NCBI RefSeq assembly: GCF_048593235.1
Contig: NC_133617.1
Span: forward strand, 365,246,067-365,310,066
From: Sminthopsis crassicaudata
Taxonomy: Eukaryota
DNA length: 64,000 nucleotides
Reading direction: 5' to 3'
Shown: positions 38,346 through 50,762 of the stretch, in pieces
How the letters are laid out: each line of letters starts with the position of its first letter
How positions within the stretch are numbered: position 1 is the stretch's first letter
Made by a program: the position numbers and the translations under genes
The notes under the pieces: generated by a model
What the model saw: only the letters and a program-made list of their open reading frames with translations
Told to the model about the DNA's origin: nothing
The model's database searches: none

Positions 38346-38679
38346 TATACATTTTTACTTTAATTTTATTTTGTTACTGATAACATTTTGTTTTTAACAA
38401 AAGATATTTTCCAACAAAACACAACAAAAACATGTGTCCCTGGGGGATCCATATCTCATCTGATCACTTAATCTAGTACCTGGTACATAATAGGCATTTA
38501 ATGAATGTTTCTTGATTAGCTACATGTGTTCTAAGTACTGTCTAAGACCATGAAGTTGCAAGTAAGTTACAGATTTACACAAGGAGAGGAATTTTCCTCC
38601 AAAGACCTTCCCTTAAACAAAGATTTCACAGATCTTTTCACTATCAGCATTCCTTCACAATTTGGGGGTTAGAACTCTG

Positions 38680-38900
38680 GATGTGGTTAGAACTCTGGAG
38701 TTAGAGTCAGGAAAAGGAAAGTTCAAATCTTGCATCAGTTATTTATCAGCTGTTTGACCCTAGCAAGTTATTTAACTTTGCTCTTCCCATTTATAAAATG
38801 ATGATAAAAATAGAACCGTTTTCCCAGGGTTTCTATGAGAATAAAGTAAGACAAAAATTGCAAAGTACTTGTAAACTTTAAAGCATTAGATAAATGCCAG
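38680..38900 (+). mobile_element. MIR SINE
   Basis: gagtcaggaaaaggaaagttcaaatc...cccatttataaaatg. Confidence 0.7.
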
Positions 38901-40367
38901 TTGTTATTATTATTGTTACTCTTATTATCATTAATTATCAGGGGTAAGGATACAAGAATGATAACAAAACAATCCCAACCTTTGAGGAGTTTGTGGGGAA
39001 TGGAACTCAGTTTATTATGGGAATACAACATGTATACAAATCCATATCTGTGGGAGAAAGATTTTGTGTTGGTCAGAATACAATTCAAAAGACAAATATT
39101 TTTTTGTTTATTTGTTTGGTATATATAATGAAGTCAGAAATCTGAACCACAAACAGAGAGCAAGCATCTTACCTTCATTTTGATTTTGGTCTTATTCAAC
39201 TTTTTTACATGTCAAAGTTTTCCTCTGCATCAAAAAATTTCCTTTACACAAAATCTTTGGAAGATTCTTAACAGCTGGGACCAGAACCTCTCCATAATGG
39301 CTGGGAGCATGGAATCACAATTGGAGGCTAAAGAGAATTTACAGGAAGTGTGTTTACTCAAAATCAGATCTTTGTCTGGGTCAATAGACTTCCTTCCAAT
39401 CAGTCCCAGAAGCAAACAGGAAAATGAAAAGATGAGAGTAATCCGGTTCAAATCATCTTCACATATCCCTTTTTGTGTCGCTGCCATTAGCAGACTATGG
39501 ATGCCCTTACCCTTGCTTAGGAACTAGAAAATTTGTTTGCCTTTGTCACAAGAGGCTAATCACATTTCAGTAAATTGATTTTTTTTCAAACAGCTTAGCA
39601 ACTAGAAATTCCCAGAACAGCATAATACCCAGAGAAGATGCCCAACACAGAAGGTGGTATGCCTAGAAGAGAAAATTTTCCTAATGGAAATCACAATGCC
39701 CAGAATTTTCTAGAATGCCCAACAGACAGAAATATAACATCATCACTACAAAAAGACAGTATCAAAAGCCATCAAAAGATCTGCAAAATCAGAGACATGA
39801 GTTGTCAGAGCCACTCTCATGGTATAGGTGTATAATTGTTTTATTGTATCTTCCATGTATATTTCCTGATCACATATTTCCAATGTGCATCCTTTGGAAG
39901 ATGCACCCAAAGTGTACATGGAGGGTCTTTTCCTCTCAGCTTTATTTGATTATGCCATTTTAAAATGTAGCATAGAGGTTCTTTAGCTTTTGAAAAATTA
40001 TTTTTGAAGCTATCTCACAAAAGAATTGGAGAAGGTAAATGTAGAGACTGGATAATCAGACTTTTACAGGGATCCAGTCCAGGTAAAAGATAATTAAGTT
40101 CAGAACAAGGATTATGTCTTTGTGAACATAGGGAAAGATCATAGAATTGTGGATTTTAAAAGGCAAAGAACCAACTTCTTTATTTTACAGATTAGAAAAC
40201 TGAAGCCCTAAGGTTAAACAGGTAACAAGCATGAGAGATAGGATTTGAATTCAGCTTGTTTGATTTCAAAGCCAGTAGTCTTTTTACTGTACTAAAATAG
40301 GTAGGTTACATATCATTCTCTCCATTCCATAGATTAGGAAGCTAATGTTGAAAAAGGGTAAGAGAGG

Positions 40368-40510
40368 AGTAGCTAGATAGTGCAGTTCATAGAGCACCAG
40401 CCCTGAAGTCAAGAGAAACCTGAGTTCAAATCTGGTCTCAGTAACTAAATACTTCCTGGCTGTGTGAGACCCTGGGCAAGTCACTTAACCTCAATTGCCT
40501 CAGCAGAAAA
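40368..40510 (+). mobile_element. WSINE1-like short SINE
   Basis: agagcaccagccctgaagtcaagagaaacctgagttcaaatctggtctcag...aattgcctcagc plus A-rich tail. Confidence 0.85.
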
Positions 40511-41485
40511 GAAAAGAGGGAAGGGGGCAATCAACTTTCCCAAATTAGTGGCAGAGTCAGTTCAAAACCTAAGTTTTGAAAGCAACATTATCTTTCCATC
40601 TCCAATACCTTATAAATAGTAAAGAAAGCAATTCTCATAAGCTATCCTAATAAACAGAGAAGAAAATCAAAATTCTCACATATATCTAATATTATGGGAG
40701 TCTCTAAAGGCCAATCAGACTTAAAATTGGAAATTTACTTCAGCCACCTATTATTTCATTTTTCAGAGCTTCTTCCAGATGTGTTTGTCTTAAGGGGGAA
40801 TTTAATTTTCTTTAGAATAGAAGCTACCAATGGACAGGAACCCATCTTATATGATCTCTCTCATTGTGGCTCTATACTTTTTGCTGCTATCATGGGTGTT
40901 CAATAAATATTTAATAATAATAAGATCATTAATCGAGAACATTACTACTCCCATGTGCATAGATAGAGCCTTCTCTTCACTTTAATTACTGTTGCTTTAA
41001 TCATCATTAAATAGCATTTCCTAGATAGTAATTAGCTTCCTTGTTAAACACAGAAGCTGTCATAGCTTTTCATCCTGAAGTAAATTGTGAATGCAAAGAA
41101 GTAACAGGATTTATGGGAAGTACCTAGCCCTTTGTCCCACATGTTCTCACTTGGGTATATCAGGAAGGGAGTTATTTTTATAGATCTCATCCAAGTTTCC
41201 CAAACCAAAATATATTGAACCTGCTGTATGTATTGGGATGAGGGAATGAGGGTAGGACTTAAAGGTGTATGTAGAGATATTTCAACCTGTGATTTTATTG
41301 GCATAGGAAACTCTCCTTGAGGGAACTATTGCAGATCAACTTCTCTTCAATTTTTTGTCTTAGAATTATCTAGGGTACTGGCTACTAAGAGTTTAAGTGA
41401 TTACCAGCATCGATTCCTGACTGGTTCTGAACCCAAGTCCTAAAGTTTCAAGAATGGCAGGCTCCCCAGACATTGCTACATTGCC

Positions 41486-41663
41486 TTTTTTTCCTTCTCT
41501 TTTTTTTATTATAGCTTCTTATTTACAAGATATATGTATAGGTAATTTTTCAGCATTGACAATTGCAAAACCTTTTGTTCCAACTTTTCCCCTCCTCCCC
41601 TTTCCCCCAGATGGCAAGTTGATCAATACATGTTAAATATGTTAAAGTATAAGTTAAATACAA
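41486..41663 (-). mobile_element. Short 5'-truncated L1 (3' UTR only)
   Basis: Reverse complement of the 3' UTR at about 22030-22215; T-rich tail at left. Confidence 0.85.
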
Positions 41664-41899
41664 TAGAGTTATATTGCTTTTCTATCATAGATCATTCCCT
41701 TTCTGAAGCCTTTCAGAGATCTTGGTTGCTGAGAACCAGAAGGAAGAAAAAGAAATAGGGAAACAGAGGGATAGAAAAAGAAAAGAGATATAGTTTTCTA
41801 AGTATGTGGATTTTGAGGCAAGATATTTAATAGATTTATATATTTGATATATAGTCAATTTTTTATTTAAATTATCACTGCCTTTTTTCTTTACATGAA

Positions 41900-42400
41900 T
41901 CATCTTTCTCTGACACACACATACACACAACTTTCATTTGTAACAAACAAAAACAACTAAGTAAAAGTGTTGAATACTCTGATTGTCTGTATCAAGTTAT
42001 ACAATTCCTCCTCTCTGGCATGGTTCACTATTTGTGCTTCAGGACTTCAAATACTCAGAGTATGACTTCCTTTCAGGAATCTTTTCATTTACAATAATGT
42101 GGTCATTGAACTCTTCATTTTTATTTATTGCATCTGTGTTCATTTATAGAAATCTCTCCATATTTCTAATAACTTCTCATACTCGTCATTTCTTATTCTA
42201 TAATATTCAACTACATTCATAAATCATAGATTTTCAGGCATTTTTAAATTCACCACAACCACAAACAGTGTGCCTATCAATGTTTTGTTATATATTGACC
42301 TTTTTTTGTCTTTGTCTTTCTCTAGGAAGGGGATGATTGAAACAAAGGGTATTATTGATAGATTAGTTACCTTTCTTGTACTAGCTCTTGGTTTTAAAGC
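41900..42400 (-). mobile_element. Very old L1 fragment
   Basis: Degenerate L1 3' text (catttcttattctataatattc...). Confidence 0.5.
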
Positions 42401-45400
42401 TATCCTTTAGAGTATATTAAAATGGTTATTCCATGCCTGTGGTTTTAAAATTTTGTAATATAAATATTATGCTTTGTTAATGTTTTTTCTTTTTTTTTTT
42501 TCATTCCACTAAAAGAATCATGTTGGTTTTGTTGCTGTAGTTTTCCCTTTTAGGTTATTTTCTAATTTTGCACTTGCACTTTCAGGTTAAGGCCCCAGAG
42601 ATCAGCTGTTATTTCAAGATTTTACAGTTAAATTTATTAGTATGTTCTCCTAATACTAGAGCTCATGAACCCCCAACAGGATGCTTTCCATAAATAATCA
42701 GCTGTGACATGCAATTAGTTTTTAGCAGTGAACCTTTCTAAGACAGCAAAATAAGACTAGTAGCTACAAAACAGCACCTTCCTTAAACCTGTGGCAGGCT
42801 CTCCCAAGAAAATCACAATGCCCTTGAGGAAAATGGACATAAAATTACAATACAGTTGTATTAAAACATAATATAGGATACACCTATTCCAAAGACAACA
42901 TTTTCCTTAAACTCTTTTTTCTTAAATTCTTTTTGAACAAAGCATGTCTGCTGGACAGTCACTGAACTGTTTCCTAGATTAACTCTTTTCCACAGCTCTT
43001 TTCTCTGCTTCTAGAAGTCCTATTCTTCTTAACTGTTTCCCTTCTGTAATGATTTTCTTCCAATTCTGTCTGAAATATGTGCCTCTGCTTATTTGATTAT
43101 GTCTTAAGATCTCTGAAAATGATAAACTCTTGAACTGCTGAGTGAAATGTCTCTATTTGGTCCAGTAACTGCTAAACTGTTATAGGTAAATGGGAGTGGT
43201 ATAGCAAACCCTCTTTTCTGCCCTGAAAGATTCTATTTAACAAAATGTTCTCAAGCTTGCACTCCCTGGAATTGAAATTAAGAACTTAGCTATTTAAAAC
43301 AATACAAGATCATGTTCAATTTTAGCTCATCCAATGAAGTTTTTTTAAAAAATTATGTCAGAAGAAAAAAGTGTTTACACACAATAAAGGCAACAGGATA
43401 TAGTTGTGTCTTTTCAAATCTTTCTGCCCCCACCTATTTGAAATTTTATAATTACATTCTTGGCTAGAGTTCAAAGATAAACTTTCCTTCAATATCTTTG
43501 TTATTTATGTGATAAATTATGTTGTTTTCCTAATGTTAAATGTTCAACCATAATCATTTGGGGTCAATGAATCTGCTTTTTTTAAAATTTGATATTTGCA
43601 TTTCAATATAATTCCTTTATAATCCTATCCTATTTATTCATTTAAAAACATACTTAGAAAATGGCCATAAGCTCCACCAGCCTATCCAAAACATAAAATA
43701 AGTTATAAATATCAGTTACTCTAAGTGAAAGGACTACCCATTTGTTTGATCATTTCCATTTTCCATGGCCAATCTTTCAATATTATAAATCTGTCATTGG
43801 TTTTTAGCCAGGTTATTCTTAAGGGTTTTTTGGTCTGGCAAAATAACTTTTCTAGTTCATTATGGAAGCTCAGAGCAGGATCTAAGTACAACAGAAGATT
43901 GAAACACTAGCTCCCATCATCCTCTTAACTGTAGTTATTATCCTCCAAGGGTCAAACAGATTCCTGATTATATGTCCAGGAGAGTTCTGTGTAAAATACA
44001 AAAGCATATTTCTTGAACTTCACCCTTGAAATCTCTTATACTCTCATTTGGATTATAGGATATATTCATATGAAACAGAGAATATTACATAGTAACATGT
44101 GAGTCAATGCCAATATAAGGGGTATAATCATTTCTATAGTTCAGAGACTCAAAGAAGGAATATATTAATATAGATAGGAATGATCAGAGAAGACTTTATG
44201 GAAGAACTGTGAGGTGACTTGAAGGATGAATAAAATATGGATCTAAAAAGAGGGACAGAGAAGACAATCAAAGTAAGGCAATTAACAAAAAGGTGAAATA
44301 CATATGATGTGTTCTGAGGACAGTACTGAGACCAGTATGCTGAAATTGGAAACAATCTTATAGGATAATATAAGATATCATTTTGGAACAGGGAGTAGCA
44401 GGATAAAATATTCAATATTCTGAAAATATTTATATAGTGCTATTATATAATGTCTGAAGATCACTTTGATAGTGACACACTGGATGCATCAGAGGAAAAT
44501 CAGTTAGGAAACATTGAAGGCAAGTTAATCATAATGGTCATAGGTAGGGTAAGAACAGGTTAGAAAGACCAGGCTGAAGAATTTAAAGCTGGGAAGCAGT
44601 ATAATATAGTAGAAACATAGTTTTAGGAATAGATACTTTACCTGGCTTCATGGGTGTGTAGTGTTAGGAGTTAGAAAGCCATAGATAAATAATTTAAATT
44701 ATCCTAACCTCAGTTTTCTCATAAACAAATAAGTATATTGATTTGAGTGTAATGGGGGTGGACCAAGGAGTCCCTTAATCAATTTGATGAATTCCCACCA
44801 ATCAACTTGAAGAGATATTTGCCTGAAAGGTACTTTCCATGAAAACAAACTTATATCCTGAAATCCTATTAATTGAATATCAATGCTTCAGGCTGCTTTT
44901 TGATTGGCTAATACAAGGCACTGACAAATAGACATTTGTCAGAAGAGCTACCCTATCTATCTACACTACCCTATTTAAAAAAAAAAAAAAAAGCAGATAT
45001 GAAATGGCTCGTTTTTAATATCTCTTTTCTCTTTCTTTTTCCTGAGCTTTCTTTTCTTTGAAATTCCAGACAGGAATGTTCTTCATCAATTCCCATTATA
45101 CTTGTACTCCCTAATACCAGGTTAAGAATAGAAGAGTGCTTCACAAGACTCAAAGTACTTTATAAATGAGAAATGTTATTATTATTATTATCACTGATTC
45201 AACAAAAGTAGAGAGTACTTGTAGATTCTTATTCAGAAAATTGTGTTATTTAATAAATGCTTATGCAATTGATTGATCAATGAAAGTCATCTAGGGAAGA
45301 TTAACCTAGCTAGTCCTGCCACAAAGAATGAATTATAGAAAGGAGAGATAATCTGGAGGAAAGATAAGCTATAAGGCAACTCTAATAATGTATGCACAAG

Positions 45401-45609
45401 AGAAGAGTATGGAATTCATGATGGCAGGGAGTAAAAAAAAAAAAAAAAGCAAGGGGTTAATCTATTAGATATTCTCAAGACATTTAAAAGCTCCCAGAGA
45501 CTGAATAATTATGGGAGATTTTTAAAAAAGAACATTATCTTAAATTTGCAATTAATACAAAATCTTAAGGCTTATAGAACATGATGGAAGGTTACAAATG
45601 ATTCTGAAA

Positions 45610-46360
45610 GGCAAGGATAGTATGATCAATATAATTTATGGGGGTAAATATAAAATCTTATGCTTGGGTTCAAAAATACAATATAATTTATAGGAATAAA
45701 TTGTAAAGTCTTATATTTGGGTTCAACTTCACAAGTACAACATGAGAAAATAATCATTAGATAATAATCATTAGATAATAGTTCATACAAAAACAAAAGT
45801 TCTAGGTGTTTTGTTGTGCTACAATTTCAATGTGAGTCAACAGCATCATATGACAGCCAAAAAAGCCAATGTAACTTTAGGTTAACTGAGAAAAAACAAT
45901 GTTTCTAGGGAGGAAATAATCCCATTGGATTAATTGTATCTCACTGTATATCAGATCACATCTGATATAATGTGGTCAATTTCAGGCCACCACTTTAGGA
46001 AGAAGAGTGTATAAAGAAAAGCCATCAGATTGGCAAAGAATTTCCAGTTCATGTTATTTGAGGAGTGATTAAAGAAACAACCTGATAAAAGGAAGACTTG
46101 AGTCACAAGTGATAGCTATCTTCCAAACAGAAGAGGAATTCCATCCATTTTGCTTGACTCCAGAAGACAGAACAGTGTTTGTAGTGCTTTGTAAAGAAGC
46201 AAATTTTGGCTTTAATAAAAGGAAAAAAACCTACCAATCAGAGCTCTCCATAAATGTAATGGGCTGCCTATGGGAGGTAATGGGCTGTCTCTTATTAATC
46301 TTTAAGCAAAAGTTGGATGACTATTTGCCCAGTGAATCATAATGTTCTTTTTAGGATATT
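45610..46360 (+). mobile_element. L3/CR1 ORF2 3' part
   Basis: aatgtgagtcaacagc...gacagccaaaaaagccaatgtaactttagg...gggctgcctatgggagg...gttggatgact. Confidence 0.8.
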
Positions 46361-47789
46361 AAATAGAATACTTGTCTTTCCAACTTGAAAATTCTGTGTT
46401 TTTACTTAAATAAAAAACAACTCTTGAATTCTGTGCTGTGGAAACAAACAAAAGTCACATTAACAGAAATGGGGAAATTGGAAAAATGAAACTGAAGATT
46501 GAAAGAGAAATTGAGCATTGGAGAGCAGTATATTTGTTAACTTGGAGAAGAAAAGCATTTTCTAATGGGCAAGTACAAATAAATAAATATTCCAAGGCTG
46601 GGTATTTAAGAAGAAAGAAGGTGGGGCAGAGTCAAGGAGAACTCTGCAGAGCGGTCACTCTGACAGAAGGGATTCTAAGAGTTGCTGAAGGAGACAAGTA
46701 ATTCAAATTAGCCAAATTCTTGTTTTAAATGGCATTAACTAAGGAAAACCATTTGATGCTGCTTTCCAAAGTGTCTTCCATCTTCGATTAAACATGGCAA
46801 GAGTACTCCCACTTAATGTGGAATAAGCGCATGTATACATATGCCCTAGCTCAAACACTTGGGATCCTGGGAGGAAGTCCCCTCTCTTCTTCCATACCAG
46901 AAGGATCTGATAACTTTCCAACCTGAACTTAAAGGTCCAGAACTTTATCCACTATACTGTTCCCCACCTTGGCTAAAAAGCATTAAAACTGGAAGCAATC
47001 TTGGAGATCATCATCACCCTATGCCCATTGCAGACTTTCTAGGGTCCTGCCCCAGATCTATATCCATTATAGAAGATCAATAACAATAATAATTGTCCCA
47101 TTTACATAGCAACTGATAAATGCCAGAACTCTACTAAGAGCTTTACAAATATTACCTCATTTGACAACAGCAACTTTGGGGGGTGGTAGGTGCTATTAAT
47201 ATCTTCATTTTGTAGTTAAACCATCCAATATAAGACAACTTATAAGTGTCTGAGGTCAGATTTCAAACAAAGCTTTCCAATAACAGTCCCATTTTCTATC
47301 CATTTTGCCAGCAAAACACCTCTTATCCTTCCTACCTATAGAGGGCTTCTGAATAGTAATGCAAGACACCCCTCCAGATTAGGATCCTATACTTTCTCTT
47401 GTTCCTGCCTGCTGTGAGGTAGGCATTCTGAGACCTTACAGGTCATAATATCACCACCTACCACAAAGTTTAAAATAAATAGAGCAGTCTAATAATGTCC
47501 CTTTCAGCAGATCCAACAATTTATCCTATGCCTGGACTCACTCTTGAAGAGTTAGTATAGTCCCATTTCTTTATATTTATCTTATACATCTCAGTCATTC
47601 TGATCCCCCATCCCCATTACTCATCCCAGGCTAGACACTCTTTCACTCCTATTCAACTGACTCTATGCTTTATGACCTACTCCAAATCTGCCCACAGGTT
47701 CCTTCTGAAAAGCCTGTTTTATAATTATAAAATTTCTGTTTATTGTAAACCTTTTTTTCTCAAAAGTGATTATAATAATCATTAAAACA

Positions 47790-48030
47790 GCATTTATATA
47801 GCACCTACTTTGTGCCACTCACTGTATTAAGTATTTTATAAATATTATATACTTAATCCTCATAAATAGCACCTTGGATGCAAGTGTTATTATTCCCATT
47901 TTATAGCTGAAGAAACTAACGTAGACCGATGTAAAGTGACTTGCCCATTAAAATTAATGTTTCCAAGCATGGATTTAAAGTCATGTCTTCCTGAATCTAG
48001 GCCTGGTGCTTTATCCACTAAGACACTTGA
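47790..48030 (-). mobile_element. MIR SINE
   Basis: attcccattttatagctgaagaaact...gtgacttgccc...ttcctgaatctaggcc. Confidence 0.75.
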
Positions 48031-48409
48031 CACATTATCATCATTACTTTTAGTAGTAGTACTCACAAAATATGTCATAGAATTTTTTTTTACCTTGGAA
48101 AGAGTTGATTTCATTGTCTTATTTTTCATTTAAAATATATTTTATTTTTAATTTATAGAATAAAATAAGCATATTATCATTATTATTATCATTGCCTTAT
48201 TTTTCATAAGTGATATCTTCCTCATAATCTTTCAGTAAATTTATTTATATATAATGAATGATGTGGTTTAGGGAGAAGGATATTATGGGTACAGAATTAT
48301 GATAATTTGGGGGTTTTTATCAATATAGGTTGGGGAAAAGGACAAGATTCTGAATACATTATAACAGGAGTTCAACTCTTGTCAATGCTTCTTTATTAGG
48401 TTCAGCATT

Positions 48410-48670
48410 GGTGTTTTGGGGCAATTACATAGCATAGTGTATGGAATGCCAGACTTAGAGACAGAAAAACTCCTGAGTTAAATTTTGGCCTCAAGCATTT
48501 AGCAGTTGTGTGATCCTAAGCAAGTCTCTTCATCCTGTTTACCTTGGTTTCCTCATTTGTAAAATGAGCTGGAGAAAGAAATGGCAAACCACTTTAGTGT
48601 CTTTGCCAAGAAAACTTCACATGGAGTCATGAAGAGTTAGACATAACTGAAATGACTGAACAACAAAAAG
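48410..48670 (+). mobile_element. MAR1-like SINE
   Basis: gtttcctcatttgtaaaatgagctggagaaagaaatggcaaaccac...gactgaacaacaa. Confidence 0.88.
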
Positions 48671-48691
48671 TTCTAAGAAGAAAGATAATAT

Positions 48692-48838
48692 GGGGACAGC
48701 TAGGTGGTGCAGTGGATAGAGCACCAGCCCTGAATTCAGGAGGACCTGAGTTCAAATCTAATCTCAGACACTTAACACTTCCTAGCTGTGTGACCCTGAG
48801 CAAGTCACTTAACCCACCCTCAAAAAAAAAAAAAAAAA
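48692..48838 (+). mobile_element. WSINE1-like SINE (relatively young)
   Basis: ggggacagctaggtggtgcagtggatagagcaccagccctg...A17 tail; imperfect TSD aaagataata/aaggataata. Confidence 0.9.
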
Positions 48839-49499
48839 GGATAATACAAGCATGACATTAAACTAATCATTCCTCTTTGTCATAGAGTCTATTCTCTGTA
48901 ACAAAGAGGACATAATCAGTGGGTGGGAAAGGCAGAAGTTAATTGTCTTGTGCTGTAGACTCCATGGCCCCTCAACAGAAGTGCCAAGGATGCACTGAAG
49001 AAGGAATTGGAAAGAAACTGGGGAATTTAAAAAAAAATCAACACGGATGAGAAAAGATCAGGACAACTGGAGATTCACAGATTCGGTGCTGGATCCAGGG
49101 ATGGATAGGAAGATCCTTTACTCTTTATTTACCACTGTCACCAATTATTATCTATATTCATGACCTCTGGGGAACCTGATTTCTTTCTGCCCTATACCCT
49201 TCTTGCCTCAGCATTAATTTTCCTGTTTCCTTAATGCATCCATAGCAATGGCTAGACTTTCCATAGGAAGAGATTCAAGGTCAGAAAAAAATTGTAGAAG
49301 CCATTGAACCTTCTCATTTTACCAGAGGCCAATCTTCTCATTTTACAGATGAAGTAACTGAAACACAAAAAGACCATGGAACCTGCCCAGATTCACACAA
49401 TTAATTAGTAAATAACCAAGATGGATTTTGACCCCAAATTTTCCTGGCTCAAAGGCTAGGACTCTACCCACTGCACAAAGTTGTTACCAATAAATGAGA

Positions 49500-49790
49500 A
49501 TGATGATTGGTTGGAAGGACTGGGGAGGTTTAACTTAGAACACTGTTAATTAAGTTAGGACATGATGACTGTCTTGAAGAATTGGAAGGACCTGCTATGT
49601 GGAAAAAAGATGAACTTGTTCTGGCTGGCCCAAAAAGGCAGAACTAAAAGCAGTGGGTGGAAAATTCAGAGGTATATGTTTGGACTAGCTATTAAGACAG
49701 ACCTCCTAATTATTAAAATTTTCAGTGAAGGAGTGCCATAAAGAAGGGTTTGGGTTTTGGACTGCTATAGGTGAACAGAAATGCTATTGG
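49500..49790 (+). mobile_element. L3/CR1 fragment
   Basis: ggttggaaggactggggaggtttaactta...gaactaaaagcagtgggtggaaa. Confidence 0.6.
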
Positions 49791-50522
49791 ATAAGCAAGA
49801 GATATGGTAATAGTGGTATTGTCCCAGAGTACTCAAAAGAACTTAGGTTTTGAAAACTGAGAAACTCTAGACAAAATAGCTGCTTGATAATTAGTAAACA
49901 AATAACCATTACTTGATTTATAGTTTAGATATCACAAATTATGATTAAGAGTTATATGGGATATTCTTTATAAATTGGGATGAGGCTCTAACCAAGAAAC
50001 CAAGCATCTGGAAGAAAGACAAAATCTGAGAGCATCATTGGAGCTATGAAAAGTTTCAGTAGCCAAAACTCTAGTCTATAAGACAGGATCTTAAGGGATG
50101 TTTTTGTTATTGTTGTTGTTTGGTTGGTTGGTTTGGGGTTTTTTGTTTGTTTTACTGAAAACACTTTTCTTCATTTTTTCTAAACAGAGCTATATAAAAA
50201 ATAAATCAATCAATCAATCAACTAAGAACACAGTAGAGGCTACTCTTCCCTTAAGTCAGTTATCAGGCACTGCAAGTGCTAAGGATAGAGAGATAGGCAA
50301 AATATAGCCTTTTCCCTTGGGGAGCTCACAAGGAAGTCAAGGATTTTAGCAGAGCCAATAGTTACAGAAATTATATCACATGTGGTTATTAACATCCAGC
50401 AAAGATAGCAGTATCTAGCAGAATAGAATCTATTAGAATAAGAAGGATAATGATACTCTACAGACCCAGGCAAGCAATGTGCAACCAAAAAATATCTTTA
50501 AGAATGTTTGTGTTCTATCTAA

Positions 50523-50762
50523 GGGGCAGCTAGGTAGTGCATTGGATAGAGTGCAAGGCCTGGAATCAGGAGAATCTGAATTCAAATCCAGCTTCAGACA
50601 CTAGCTATATGACTCTGGTCAGGTCACTTAAGTCTATTTGCCTCAATTTCCTCATCTATAAAATGAACTGGAGCAGGAAATGGCAAATCATCTCAGTATC
50701 TTTGCCAATAAAACCTGAAATGGGATACAAGGAGCTGTACACAACTGAACAACAACAAAATT
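50523..50762 (+). mobile_element. MAR1-like SINE
   Basis: ggggcagctaggtagtgcattggatagag...aactgaacaacaacaaaa. Confidence 0.9.

Noticed and set aside
39180-39527. 115-aa plus ORF and overlapping 85-aa minus ORF
   Set aside because: No recognisable domain or splice framing; within chance length.
40817-40896. Exon-like segment IEATNGQEPILYDLSHCGSILFAAIM
   Set aside because: Runs into an L2 3' terminus (gtgttcaataaatatt); likely repeat-derived.
39692-42822. Shared 14-mer aaatcacaatgccc near 39690 and 42810
   Set aside because: A few 14-mer matches are expected by chance in 64 kb of AT-rich DNA.
43060-43270. Minus-strand kinase-like words RECKLENILL and IIFRDLK in one frame
   Set aside because: Motifs are in the wrong order, separated by stops, with no DFG or APE; treated as chance. 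BLASTx would settle it.
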